Origin: a virus
Taxonomy: Duplodnaviria; Heunggongvirae; Uroviricota; Caudoviricetes
Virus record (IMG/VR): IMGVR_UViG_3300045988_014834
Span: 1-41,350 of that record
Length of the DNA stretch: 41,350 nt
Strand: one strand, 5' to 3'
The notes beneath the pieces were generated by a model that was not told the origin of the DNA, searched no databases, and worked only from the letters and a program-made list of their open reading frames with translations. A program made the position numbers and the translations under genes. Shown here in pieces: positions 8,208 through 16,597 of the stretch (positions within the stretch are counted from its first letter, which is position 1; each line of letters starts with the position of its first letter).

Positions 8208-8306
8208 GTTTCCCCTTTCTCGATAAGTAAAGCCCCGCCTTAAAGCGGGGCGCTAGTCCTTATCATTTAAACATAGAAACGGCGTAATCTCAGTAAACCA
8301 GTTACT

Positions 8307-8460
8307 TTTTACACAAGCAATAGAGTATGGCCCTTCCGAACGCGTCAGCGTAACTACACTCAGGACTTACGTCCCGCTCCGTTACCTGCCCGCGCCGCGG
8401 TCGCTTGTTCACACTTCACAAGCTCAGGAGGAGCTTAGCACACTTTTAGTGAAAAGTCAA
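8307..8460. repeat. Conserved ~150-bp noncoding element, copy A (second copy 20382-20525)
   Basis: About 75 percent identity to copy B with compensatory changes in a hairpin (GGAC-TTAC-GTCC here, GTGCC-TAAT-GGCAC in B). Confidence 0.6.
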
Positions 8461-8522
8461 CTATTCGAATAGTTTATTCCAACATTTACAATTTAGTGGA
8501 ATAACTGGAATACATAAATAGT

Positions 8523-8551
8523 TTGCACACCCCGATATAATAGGGTACTAT
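8523..8551 (+). promoter_or_regulatory. Early promoter copy (TTGCAC N17 TACTAT) driving the methyltransferase
   Basis: TTGCACACCCCGATATAATAGGGTACTATTCAG. Confidence 0.6.
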
Positions 8552-8579
8552 TCAGTTAACTTGAACAGCAGGAGTTAAA

Positions 8580-9308
8580 ATGTTTACTTTGAAACGTGGG
8601 GATTGTCTGGAGTTGATGCATGACGTACCAGATAAGAGTGTAGACCTTATTTTATGCGATTTACCTTATGGTACGACGCAAAACAAATGGGATACGGTAA
8701 TACCTTTCGATGCCCTATGGGGCCATTACATGCGTATTTCTCGCGGTGCTATTGTGCTAACAGCAGCGCAACCTTTCACTAGCGCGTTGATTATGAGTAA
8801 TGCTAAATTGTTCAAATACTCGTGGGTTTGGGATAAGGCAAATAGCACTGGATTCCTTAACGCTAAAAAGCAACCTTTACGCCGAACAGAGGACGTGGTT
8901 GTATTTTATGGCTCACAGCCAACCTATAACCCTCAAATGGAAGTTAGAGGTAAGCCCCGTAAGAAAGGTGGGTATATTAAAAAAGACGGCTCTGACAACT
9001 ATGGGTCTTTTAAAAGTGTAGAATCTGTTAGTAATGATTACTACCCCACCAATTTGATAGAAATATCTAATGCTAATAGGTCGGAAAAGTGCCACCCCAC
9101 CCAAAAACCAGTAGCGTTGATGGAATACCTGATTAAGACGTATACAAACGAAGGGGATACAGTTCTTGATAACTGTATGGGCAGCGGGACGACCGGAGTT
9201 GCGTGTGCGAACACAAACCGGAAGTTTATAGGCATGGAGTTAGACCGTGATTACTTCCGTATAGCCAGAAGACGCATATCTGAAGCATATAAAACTAAGG
9301 CCCCTTAA
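8580..9308 (+). CDS. Orphan DNA methyltransferase (N6-adenine/N4-cytosine beta-class), 242 aa
   Basis: Catalytic-motif region DLILCDLPYG followed later by the AdoMet motif HPTQKP...VLDNCMGSGTT; no restriction enzyme partner nearby. Confidence 0.85.
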   Translation: MFTLKRGDCLELMHDVPDKSVDLILCDLPYGTTQNKWDTVIPFDALWGHYMRISRGAIVLTAAQPFTSALIMSNAKLFKYSWVWDKANSTGFLNAKKQPLRRTEDVVVFYGSQPTYNPQMEVRGKPRKKGGYIKKDGSDNYGSFKSVESVSNDYYPTNLIEISNANRSEKCHPTQKPVALMEYLIKTYTNEGDTVLDNCMGSGTTGVACANTNRKFIGMELDRDYFRIARRRISEAYKTKAP

Positions 9309-9320
9309 GGGGCCTTTTAT
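9295..9320. terminator. Bidirectional hairpin terminator (AAGGCCCC-TTAA-GGGGCCTT)
   Basis: Perfect hairpin between convergent genes. Confidence 0.65.
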
Positions 9321-9781
9321 CATTCTGGCTTAGTGACCTTCGCTGCTTTACTGACAGCCTCTACGCCGTCAGCATCGGTAACTTTAACGAAGTATCCACC
9401 GACGGCATTAACCGTCAGAGACAACGCCTCTTCAGGGGCGTTGACTACTTCCTTCCCGTCTTTGTACCAGGTAAGCGCATACGGAGCTTTACCCGCCTTA
9501 ACTTCGACAGAGATAGTGGCGCTGCCGTCTGCCAGTTCGACGTCTTTTGGTTGCACTGAGAAATACACGTCGCCAGCATCAGCCAGATACGGAATTTCAT
9601 AAAGCATACCAGCCGCGGGCAGCGCAATGCCGGTCTTGTCTGCAAACGGCATATCGTCTACTGGCGTACCTAGTACACTTTCGTCTTCAATAAACACCAC
9701 GTTCTCGCCGGAGCCAGACACGCGGGCGTACTGGACTACGCGACGCGACGGTACATCAGTTACTTTGAAAAATCCCATCAT
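9320..9781 (-). CDS. Structural protein with beta-rich (Ig-like?) C-terminal domain, 153 aa
   Basis: Position after the head morphogenesis gene; composition only. Confidence 0.3.
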   Translation of the reverse strand: MMGFFKVTDVPSRRVVQYARVSGSGENVVFIEDESVLGTPVDDMPFADKTGIALPAAGMLYEIPYLADAGDVYFSVQPKDVELADGSATISVEVKAGKAPYALTWYKDGKEVVNAPEEALSLTVNAVGGYFVKVTDADGVEAVSKAAKVTKPE

Positions 9782-10857
9782 TATTCCTCTTTCAGATAAT
9801 CAGCAACACGTTTATCGAGTTCCGCCATCTGCTTAAGCGTGAGCGGATTCCAAAAACCATCTACAGATATTACGCGAAACTCTTCCGGTGATATACCGCT
9901 GTTGCGGAAAATCTTACCGCGCACCGGGCCGAGCGCCTGGTCCTGGAACCACGCTGGTTGTTGTTTCAGGAACTCGTAGTAAGTGGTGTCTGCGCTTACC
10001 TGAGTACCGCCGTCCGCACCCTTAGCCGCTCGTTTCGCACCTTTATCGAGGAAGTCGAACTCGGAACTGATTACCGGAGCTGTGCACGATCGACAGTTAG
10101 GATGGGCGGGGGGCATCGGCCCCTTACCAATTTCCCACGTCATTCCGTCTCTGGCTCTGCAAATCGTACTGGTACGACTGTCCAGCGTCGACACCCACTC
10201 GTATTTCTCGATGATGTCGTCGTTCTGGCGATACGTCTCGTTGCGGGCTTCGTTGGATACGTGGGACAGCGCGGTGCGGATTACGGTAGCGGCATTACGT
10301 TCAGAGATGTCCGCCAGCCCACCAGCGCCAACAACATTCTTAACAATCTGCCGTGTCGTTTGACCTTGTACAAAGCCCATCTTAACGCCGGTTACCAGGC
10401 GCGATACTTCTGTTTCACCCCAGCCATCCATCAGCTTAGTGAAATCGACGGGCTTGTCGCTTAACGATAAGGGTTGAAACTCGGCGGCGGCCCACACTTG
10501 TTCGGCGGTTGGCGTAACAAATTCCGCATTTACGTTGGCGGTAAGTGTCTTTACATTCCACCCGGCCTCATATGCCGCCAGTTCCTTAAGGTCTTCTGTC
10601 AGCTTTGTTTGCCAGTCGCCGGTAAGTCCGGTTAGTGCTTCTTCCAGGTCGCGTAACAGTTTATTCAGCCGTGCGGTGCTGCGACCGTCGTCGCCAAATA
10701 ACAGCACCTGCCGTTTGATTTCATCTCGCATTTCCTGAATGAGCGGTGCGAGGTCTTTCACTTCGCCTGATGCGGTGCGTTGTAGCCATATTTGGTGGCT
10801 GATTAGTGATGTAAGTAAGCTCATAGATAAACCCTGTGGCGCTAAAGTTAATAGCAT
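9781..10857 (-). CDS. Head morphogenesis protein (SPP1 gp7 / Mu F-like), 358 aa
   Basis: Follows the portal gene; conserved C-terminal Cys-containing region (ICRARDG...HPNCRSC). Confidence 0.65.
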   Translation of the reverse strand: MLLTLAPQGLSMSLLTSLISHQIWLQRTASGEVKDLAPLIQEMRDEIKRQVLLFGDDGRSTARLNKLLRDLEEALTGLTGDWQTKLTEDLKELAAYEAGWNVKTLTANVNAEFVTPTAEQVWAAAEFQPLSLSDKPVDFTKLMDGWGETEVSRLVTGVKMGFVQGQTTRQIVKNVVGAGGLADISERNAATVIRTALSHVSNEARNETYRQNDDIIEKYEWVSTLDSRTSTICRARDGMTWEIGKGPMPPAHPNCRSCTAPVISSEFDFLDKGAKRAAKGADGGTQVSADTTYYEFLKQQPAWFQDQALGPVRGKIFRNSGISPEEFRVISVDGFWNPLTLKQMAELDKRVADYLKEE

Positions 10858-10893
10858 ACTATAAGAAAGCCCCTTTCGGGGCTATATGTGAAC

Positions 10894-12387
10894 TTACTGC
10901 TGGGTGGTGTCCTGTTGCTGCGCCGACTGCGGAATTTCTCCTGCTACCTGAGAAACAGCACCTAACGGCAGAGGCACATCTTCGATAGCGTTCTGAATGT
11001 CCTCATCTGTCCAGTCAGTTACGCCAGCTTTACGCAATGCCGCGTAATAAGCGGTAGCCGGTAGCAGGCCTGCGTTGATATCGGCCATCCACTGAGCACG
11101 GTCCTGAGCGGTCATCGGTTGCAGGAAGAACTCCATATTCAGCTTGAACTCAATCTCAGTACCGTCACTAAGCCCAAGCATACCAGCTACCCATTTCAGC
11201 GCATCGGTATACGCCATGCTTACGTTACGTGCGATTGTTGCCATAACGGACGTATCAGCGCCGCGTTGCAGGCGTGCCGATTCAGCAGTGATTTGCTGCG
11301 TCGGGGTGATAAGCTGCGCGCCAATCTGGATGGCCTGATTCTCTTTATCCAGCATGTTCTGCTTGGCAAGATTGTTCTCTCCTGCCTGAACCAGAAACGC
11401 ATTGCCGCCGTAACCAATGTTATGGCCTGAACGCGACCCCATGCGCACGCCGTGAGGGTTAGCTTCTTTCCACTGCGCCATGCTCATATTCTCACCGGGA
11501 GCGATGAACAGAGTAGGCTGGCCTACGACGAAGCTGGACTCCTCATTGTCTGCGCTGTTGCGGAAGTGTCCAATATTGAGTTCAGCCAACGGCAGCAAAG
11601 GTGCATCGTCAGGGGTTGAGTCGTTATTCCCCGCGCCAATGAACGTGAACGGAATCACCCCGACCGGAATATTACCGAGTTTCGGGAAGATTTCGATATA
11701 GCCACCTTCCATCAGTGCGCCTTTCTGGTTAAAGCGGTACAGACGCTGGCGATACTGGCCTTCGAAGATATCAAGGACGCGGTATTGCTCGCCGTAGTTT
11801 GGGCTAAACTCATCCGTGCCGTCGGTGTACTCATATTCTTCACACAATACGACCATAACCACGCGATTGACCGACCCTACGCGCTCGAGGCGCCAGTTGA
11901 TGATGTTCTCTGCGGTGTAGAAAGCGATTGTCGGGTTAAGTAAGCCCTCGTTTTGCTCAGCCATAGTGGCGACTTCTACCGCGGGGGCATCAACCAGCAA
12001 ACCGCCACGTCCGACAGCGTCAATCTCATACAGGGTATCCTGAGCGTGCTGCCACAGGCCGACACCAGACCCGTCGCAGTTAGTGGTCAGGTACTCCATC
12101 TGAGACGGAATAATCATCTCGGGGTCTTTGCGCATTACGCTGCCTACCATACCGGAAAGCGTTCGCTTGGTGAAGTTGTAGCAAATAGCCCCTGCTTCAT
12201 ATTCGGCCTGACGCTGGCGACCATACACAGGGTCCGGCTCATTCTTGCCGACGTCACGTAAATACGATGTAAGGTCGCCAGAAAGAGCATGTCGCACCTT
12301 CTGCCACTTAGGGAAATACTCTTCGTACTGGCGGTGGCGGGTTTTAACGTTCTGCCCTTGCCCTGCGTTACTGTTTGCGGAAACCAT
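10894..12387 (-). CDS. Portal protein, 497 aa
   Basis: Immediately downstream of the terminase large subunit; size; acidic Gln-rich C-terminus. Confidence 0.7.
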   Translation of the reverse strand: MVSANSNAGQGQNVKTRHRQYEEYFPKWQKVRHALSGDLTSYLRDVGKNEPDPVYGRQRQAEYEAGAICYNFTKRTLSGMVGSVMRKDPEMIIPSQMEYLTTNCDGSGVGLWQHAQDTLYEIDAVGRGGLLVDAPAVEVATMAEQNEGLLNPTIAFYTAENIINWRLERVGSVNRVVMVVLCEEYEYTDGTDEFSPNYGEQYRVLDIFEGQYRQRLYRFNQKGALMEGGYIEIFPKLGNIPVGVIPFTFIGAGNNDSTPDDAPLLPLAELNIGHFRNSADNEESSFVVGQPTLFIAPGENMSMAQWKEANPHGVRMGSRSGHNIGYGGNAFLVQAGENNLAKQNMLDKENQAIQIGAQLITPTQQITAESARLQRGADTSVMATIARNVSMAYTDALKWVAGMLGLSDGTEIEFKLNMEFFLQPMTAQDRAQWMADINAGLLPATAYYAALRKAGVTDWTDEDIQNAIEDVPLPLGAVSQVAGEIPQSAQQQDTTQQ

Positions 12388-12398
12388 TTGTTGTCCTC

Positions 12399-13649
12399 TT
12401 AAAGTGCGAAAGTCACCGGGATGTTGATTACTGGTTTAACCACCGGCATCTCGTAAACTACAGGATAGCCGAGAGCATCCGCCATATGGTCAATGATGCC
12501 GTCTTTAGCTGGCTCTCCGTTATCGTCGTATGCCTGCTGTTCCAGCGTCTTCGCTATCTCAGGGCATAAGTGGTCATTAACCCACAGCTTACCTTTTTCC
12601 AACGCGGTATTCACTGCTAAAACACGGTCTTTAACCGGGGGGTTGGCGGATTTAGTGCGAACATCAAACCCGGCCTGCTGTAGTAATGCGATATCAGAGA
12701 TTGACGCTGAGTTGGTTTTGCGGTTCTTGCCGCTGGCGTCGGGGTAAACGACGATGCTGTGACCTTGCGACTTCCACTTCTCGGTAATTACGCGCACGGT
12801 GTCCGGCGTGTCGAACAGGCCTTTCAGTTCTGCTACCGCGTGCCAGCCGTCTTTACGCTGCACGTATACGGCACTTGCGTTCTTCGTAACGTTGAAGTCC
12901 TGCCCAATGTACAGCGTGTCACCTGGTTGAATTGTCTCTTTGCTGCGGTGCTTACGGCGGTCATACGCGTAATACACGCTGCCGGAGGTAAGGTTGACGA
13001 ACTCACCATTCAGGTACGCGTTAATTAATTGCGCGGGGTAAGTCTCAGTCAGTGAGCTAATGTAGTCAGGCGGCAGGAATCGCGCATTCTCGTGTGTGGA
13101 AGCCTGCACCATCGAGTAACTTGGCGTCGGATTCTCTTTGAACTTGGCATAGACGAACTTAAACCCTTCCGGCGTCGTGGTGACAGAGATGTGGTTAATT
13201 ACACCGGGAATAACCAGACGCATACGGGCTACTATTTTGTTCCACGCCAGCTCCGCTTTTTCTCGGCTCAATACGTCCAACTCATCGACGACCGCAGCCG
13301 CGATTTTGAAACCAACAATCGAGCCAGGGTTATCCATTGAACGGCAGATAACTGTACCTAACACTGTCTTACCGCGGGTGACAACAACTTCTTTGTCGCC
13401 AGATTTAACCAGCACATCGAGGCCTAGCAGGTTAGCGGCTTCCTCAAATGTCGGGTAGAAGATGTCGCGAATAGCCGGGTATGTGGGCCCGAAGTAGCCG
13501 AGGCGCGTACCGGGGTGCTTGAGCATAAACGTAAGTAAGTCCAGACAGCCAACAAAGGTTTTGCCGCTTCCGAAGCCGCCAACGTAGGCCTTGTATTTAT
13601 TGTCGCAATTCAGGAACAGTGCCTGTGGTGCGGATAGCTGAATACTCAT
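12399..13649 (-). CDS. Terminase large subunit, 416 aa
   Basis: Walker A GGFGSGKT near the N-terminus; position ahead of portal. Confidence 0.85.
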   Translation of the reverse strand: MSIQLSAPQALFLNCDNKYKAYVGGFGSGKTFVGCLDLLTFMLKHPGTRLGYFGPTYPAIRDIFYPTFEEAANLLGLDVLVKSGDKEVVVTRGKTVLGTVICRSMDNPGSIVGFKIAAAVVDELDVLSREKAELAWNKIVARMRLVIPGVINHISVTTTPEGFKFVYAKFKENPTPSYSMVQASTHENARFLPPDYISSLTETYPAQLINAYLNGEFVNLTSGSVYYAYDRRKHRSKETIQPGDTLYIGQDFNVTKNASAVYVQRKDGWHAVAELKGLFDTPDTVRVITEKWKSQGHSIVVYPDASGKNRKTNSASISDIALLQQAGFDVRTKSANPPVKDRVLAVNTALEKGKLWVNDHLCPEIAKTLEQQAYDDNGEPAKDGIIDHMADALGYPVVYEMPVVKPVINIPVTFAL

Positions 13650-14230
13650 TCCTCTACCTCGCCCATATTAGTTGTTACGATTTTACCTACTGGCTCAGCG
13701 ACACTGAAAACAATCTCAGTCGGTGCCGTTTCTTCGGTGGATTCAACTGGTTTCTCTTTGCTAAGGCCGAGCTTAGCCGCGGCAAACGTAGCTGAGATAC
13801 CTGCGGCCCCTGTCTCGGTGAAATATGCCTCTTCCAGTGCCTGTGCGGTCTCGTAGGCTTCTGCGAATGCGGGAATCTCACGCAGCCACAGCTTAATAAT
13901 CGGGATAGTGACACCAATATGTAAGGCGAAGCGGGCCAGCGACGGTGGTTTATCCTGAATCAGCGGGCGTTCGTCGCCTTTGGACGTAGGCACAAGCTCC
14001 CATGACGTGCGGTCGAAGAACTCGATTAACGCGTCGCAATAGTCCGGGTCCCACAACGCAGCGGAATTACGGGATGATTGATAAAGGCTCTGTTTGCCGC
14101 GCGGTCGTTTACGACGACGGTTTGCGCTAACTGCTTCTTCATGTGCAGCTTGCACCACCTCTGGCGATGGCTGCTTGAGTTTCAGCTTCATAGAATCCCC
14201 TTGCATATGCGTCTGACCATCAGAGCGCAT
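13646..14230 (-). CDS. Terminase small subunit candidate (likely start at the ATG near 14191)
   Basis: Coupled upstream of the large subunit; basic N-terminal region. Confidence 0.45.
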   Translation of the reverse strand: MRSDGQTHMQGDSMKLKLKQPSPEVVQAAHEEAVSANRRRKRPRGKQSLYQSSRNSAALWDPDYCDALIEFFDRTSWELVPTSKGDERPLIQDKPPSLARFALHIGVTIPIIKLWLREIPAFAEAYETAQALEEAYFTETGAAGISATFAAAKLGLSKEKPVESTEETAPTEIVFSVAEPVGKIVTTNMGEVEE

Positions 14231-14256
14231 CAGACGCGCCCTACGCGTCTAAAGGG

Positions 14257-14290
14257 ATTATATAAGGGGATTGGGTGGGATGTACAGAAA
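14257..14290 (-). promoter_or_regulatory. Candidate late promoter: perfect -10 TATAAT, poor -35
   Basis: Minus-strand TATAAT at 14262-14257, just after the early-operon terminator and upstream of the terminase genes. Confidence 0.35.
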
Positions 14291-14312
14291 AGCCCTCAGT
14301 AGAGGGCTTGTG
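14288..14312 (-). terminator. Intrinsic terminator ending the small-gene operon
   Basis: Hairpin AGCCCTC-AGTA-GAGGGCT followed by a T-rich run on the minus strand. Confidence 0.55.
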
Positions 14313-14318
14313 GTGTGA

Positions 14319-14474
14319 CTATTCGGTTATATCGCCGCCGTCTACCAGTGCGATTGGTATTCTAACTTCGCCGTTGAATGTTTCGGCGTACCAGAACTTC
14401 TCGCACTGCGTTACGCTGAAAACATCGAGTTCTGACGTAGCGCCTGTTTTCCAGTAGATAGTTAACTTTTTCAT
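14319..14474 (-). CDS. Small protein, 51 aa (ORF below track cutoff)
   Basis: ATGA overlap with the upstream HTH gene; terminator downstream. Confidence 0.35.
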   Translation of the reverse strand: MKKLTIYWKTGATSELDVFSVTQCEKFWYAETFNGEVRIPIALVDGGDITE

Positions 14475-14731
14475 TCCCCACTCTCCTCTTTAGCAATGCG
14501 TTGCTCTGTTTTAGTGATACCCCGGCGCGTGAATAACACCGGGCTTGTTTTAACGTGTGTCATCAGACGATTGTTATAAATTACGTGGCGCTCGCAATCG
14601 ACGTCTTTACTGTACTTCGCAATCGTCATTTCGTTGATGCCGGTTTGTCGGCAAGTCTCTGCCATCGTGCCGTATTCTTTAATCAGGTTCGGAATGCTGG
14701 TAATCATCCTAAGAAATTCCTCGTTGTCCAC
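14471..14731 (-). CDS. Small HTH DNA-binding protein (likely start ATG at 14707, 78 aa)
   Basis: HTH-like segment MAETCRQTGINEMTIAKYSKD; last large gene of the small-gene operon. Confidence 0.45.
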   Translation of the reverse strand: MDNEEFLRMITSIPNLIKEYGTMAETCRQTGINEMTIAKYSKDVDCERHVIYNNRLMTHVKTSPVLFTRRGITKTEQRIAKEESGE

Positions 14732-14874
14732 ATCGCATTCGGATATTTGTTATCGCGGTCCTGCACTACAGCAATCATGTTACCGCGTTGCACGAGGCAG
14801 AAGTGGCGTTGCTGCTCGCCGTTGTAGCGACGCCAGATTGCTTCTTCGATTGCTGCGTTGATGTCACTGAACAT
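14704..14874 (-). CDS. Small protein, 56 aa
   Basis: ATG start, stop overlaps the next ATG. Confidence 0.35.
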   Translation of the reverse strand: MFSDINAAIEEAIWRRYNGEQQRHFCLVQRGNMIAVVQDRDNKYPNAMWTTRNFLG

Positions 14875-14876
14875 AA

Positions 14877-15059
14877 CTACCCCACTATCTCATCACCAAG
14901 CCACGCCGTTTCTCGTATATCGTCAACCACACAGGCGGCGTGCTCACGGCTAATTGCAAAAATGTAGAAGCTGAACTTCTTCCCGTCGGCGTCGATGTGG
15001 TTAACCGAGTAAGGTTTCCACAGGACGCCATCAATTACTACTGGTTCAGGCGCTTTCAT
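14877..15059 (-). CDS. Small protein, 60 aa
   Basis: Track ORF in a coupled series. Confidence 0.35.
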   Translation of the reverse strand: MKAPEPVVIDGVLWKPYSVNHIDADGKKFSFYIFAISREHAACVVDDIRETAWLGDEIVG

Positions 15060-15198
15060 TCTTCATGCGCTCAAGTAACAACTTAAACGCCTCCAGTTGA
15101 AACTCACCGTTAATCGACAGTTGCCCGCCTAACGTCTGTTTCTCCGACTCAAGCACCATAATACGGCGCTCGAGCGATGCTATTGTGATTTTAGGCAT
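15046..15198 (-). CDS. Small coiled-coil protein, 50 aa
   Basis: Heptad-like leucine pattern; overlaps neighbours by a few nt. Confidence 0.3.
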   Translation of the reverse strand: MPKITIASLERRIMVLESEKQTLGGQLSINGEFQLEAFKLLLERMKNESA

Positions 15199-15376
15199 TG
15201 GTGTCACCTTTGTTCAGGTTGAAGCGGTTAATCAGTTCACGGCGTGTCTCGTACAGCGACTCTACCATTTGCTCGGCTACCGCGATTTTAGTATTCAGGA
15301 CGTACATCACGTGGCTGATATCTACGCCGCTGTTAACGGCCTCTACCATCATCTTTTCGTAGTCGCGGTCAGTCAT
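15191..15376 (-). CDS. Small protein, 61 aa
   Basis: Track ORF, coupled. Confidence 0.35.
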   Translation of the reverse strand: MTDRDYEKMMVEAVNSGVDISHVMYVLNTKIAVAEQMVESLYETRRELINRFNLNKGDTNA

Positions 15377-15531
15377 TCCTTACGCTCTCCCCACATGCGA
15401 TTGAGATACTTGTTCTTGTCCGGCCCCGGGAAACTGTTACGTTTCATCAGTTCCTCGCGTGTCGGGAACGGGGTGTGATTGACTTTACGGCCTACTCGTA
15501 ATGGTGTGCTTACTGGGCCTTGTTCGCTCAT
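15373..15531 (-). CDS. Small protein, 52 aa
   Basis: ATGA overlaps on both sides. Confidence 0.3.
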   Translation of the reverse strand: MSEQGPVSTPLRVGRKVNHTPFPTREELMKRNSFPGPDKNKYLNRMWGERKE

Positions 15532-15677
15532 TTCTTCTCTCCTGCATATGCTGCTTTCAGGGTCTGCATCGCAGCGAACCAGAACGCGGCCGCCGGGATG
15601 CTGTTGCTCAGGTTACTAACGGCGATGCGTGCCATCAGTTGTGCGTCTTTAAATGCTTCGATATCTGTGATTTTCAT
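15528..15677 (-). CDS. Small protein, 49 aa, first gene after the promoter
   Basis: GGAG upstream of the ATG; about 25 nt downstream of the predicted start site. Confidence 0.3.
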   Translation of the reverse strand: MKITDIEAFKDAQLMARIAVSNLSNSIPAAAFWFAAMQTLKAAYAGEKK

Positions 15678-15710
15678 CTTCTCTACTCCGTTCTCGTTGT
15701 CGATGAAGTA

Positions 15711-15739
15711 AATATAGTAGGGTCGAGGGTAATAGTCAA
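15711..15739 (-). promoter_or_regulatory. Near-consensus sigma70 promoter: TTGACT, 17 nt, TATATT
   Basis: Minus strand reads TTGACTattaccctcgaccctacTATATT. Confidence 0.6.
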
Positions 15740-15760
15740 CTAGTCATTGCAGAAAATAGA

Positions 15761-15795
15761 TAAAAAAAAATCCCGGCTGGGTCAGGGCCGGGATA
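15761..15795 (-). terminator. Strong intrinsic terminator after the endolysin gene
   Basis: CCCGGC/GCCGGG stem followed by a run of nine T on the minus strand. Confidence 0.7.
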
Positions 15796-15858
15796 AAACT
15801 GGAGAGCAGAGGGATGGAGCAGGAGGTGATTTAAGTATCGTCTGATTAGTCTTAGGTG

Positions 15859-16347
15859 TCAACCTTTCACCGCGCGCCCAATAGCCTCAGCCTCCCGCCA
15901 CGGTTTACCGTCGAATAGTGCAAGACGTCCCGCGGTACGGCGACGCAGGCCGAGTAATGGTTTGCCGTTCTGGTTGATGAACAGCGCCAGCTTAGCCCGC
16001 AGCGTCGAGATATCGCCGGAACGCAGCGCCTTACCTGTGCCAGTAGTAGCGGCAATCACACCAGCACCTGCGTTGTATACCAGGTCACACACTGCGTCGA
16101 ACTGCGCCTGGGTCAGTGAATGGTGTGCTGCTGCATCAACCGCAACTACAGCCTTAGCCATATCACGATTCAGTAACAGGAGGCCTTGCCCCTTCGTAAT
16201 CTTCTGCCCTTCGTACACATGAGGGCCATAGCTTCCGTAGCCTATGGTTAAGTATTTTTCCGAAGGTGTCGCGCGGTATGCGGTCCCGCGGAATCCCTCG
16301 AACGCAGCGGTAAAATGCAATCCATTATCTGAAATGTTTCGAGACAC
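15859..16347 (-). CDS. Endolysin (GH24 lysozyme, T4 E / P22 gp19-like), 162 aa
   Basis: Catalytic region FEGFRGTAY...TIGYG and conserved C-terminal motifs; adjacent to holin-like genes. Confidence 0.85.
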   Translation of the reverse strand: MSRNISDNGLHFTAAFEGFRGTAYRATPSEKYLTIGYGSYGPHVYEGQKITKGQGLLLLNRDMAKAVVAVDAAAHHSLTQAQFDAVCDLVYNAGAGVIAATTGTGKALRSGDISTLRAKLALFINQNGKPLLGLRRRTAGRLALFDGKPWREAEAIGRAVKG

Positions 16348-16597
16348 GCTTATGCCCTCCGTATGATAGCCACGCCTGGCGAATCTGACGCAGCGAAACT
16401 AATGTGATTAATGTCTCCGGCAGCGTCGGCGACATGCCACCCTGTAACAGGTGAATACACCCGGCAGCGCAGACGATAGCAGTCAGGATATAGAGCACCC
16501 GACCAAATATCCCGTCGTCAACGCTGGGGTGATACACGTTAAACAGCGATGTGCCTCCGATCGCCAGCATACCGCCGAACCAGAATAACTCATTCAT
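16325..16597 (-). CDS. Holin/antiholin-like membrane protein, 90 aa
   Basis: Two predicted transmembrane helices; between holin and endolysin. Confidence 0.4.
   Translation of the reverse strand: MNELFWFGGMLAIGGTSLFNVYHPSVDDGIFGRVLYILTAIVCAAGCIHLLQGGMSPTLPETLITLVSLRQIRQAWLSYGGHKRVSKHFR

Noticed and set aside
8229-8252. Hairpin GCCCCGC-CTTAAA-GCGGGGC as a terminator upstream of the spanin genes
   Set aside because: No adequate T-tract on either strand; it may be an RNA structure at the 3' end of a minus-strand transcript of the repeat element, but a terminator call is not supported.
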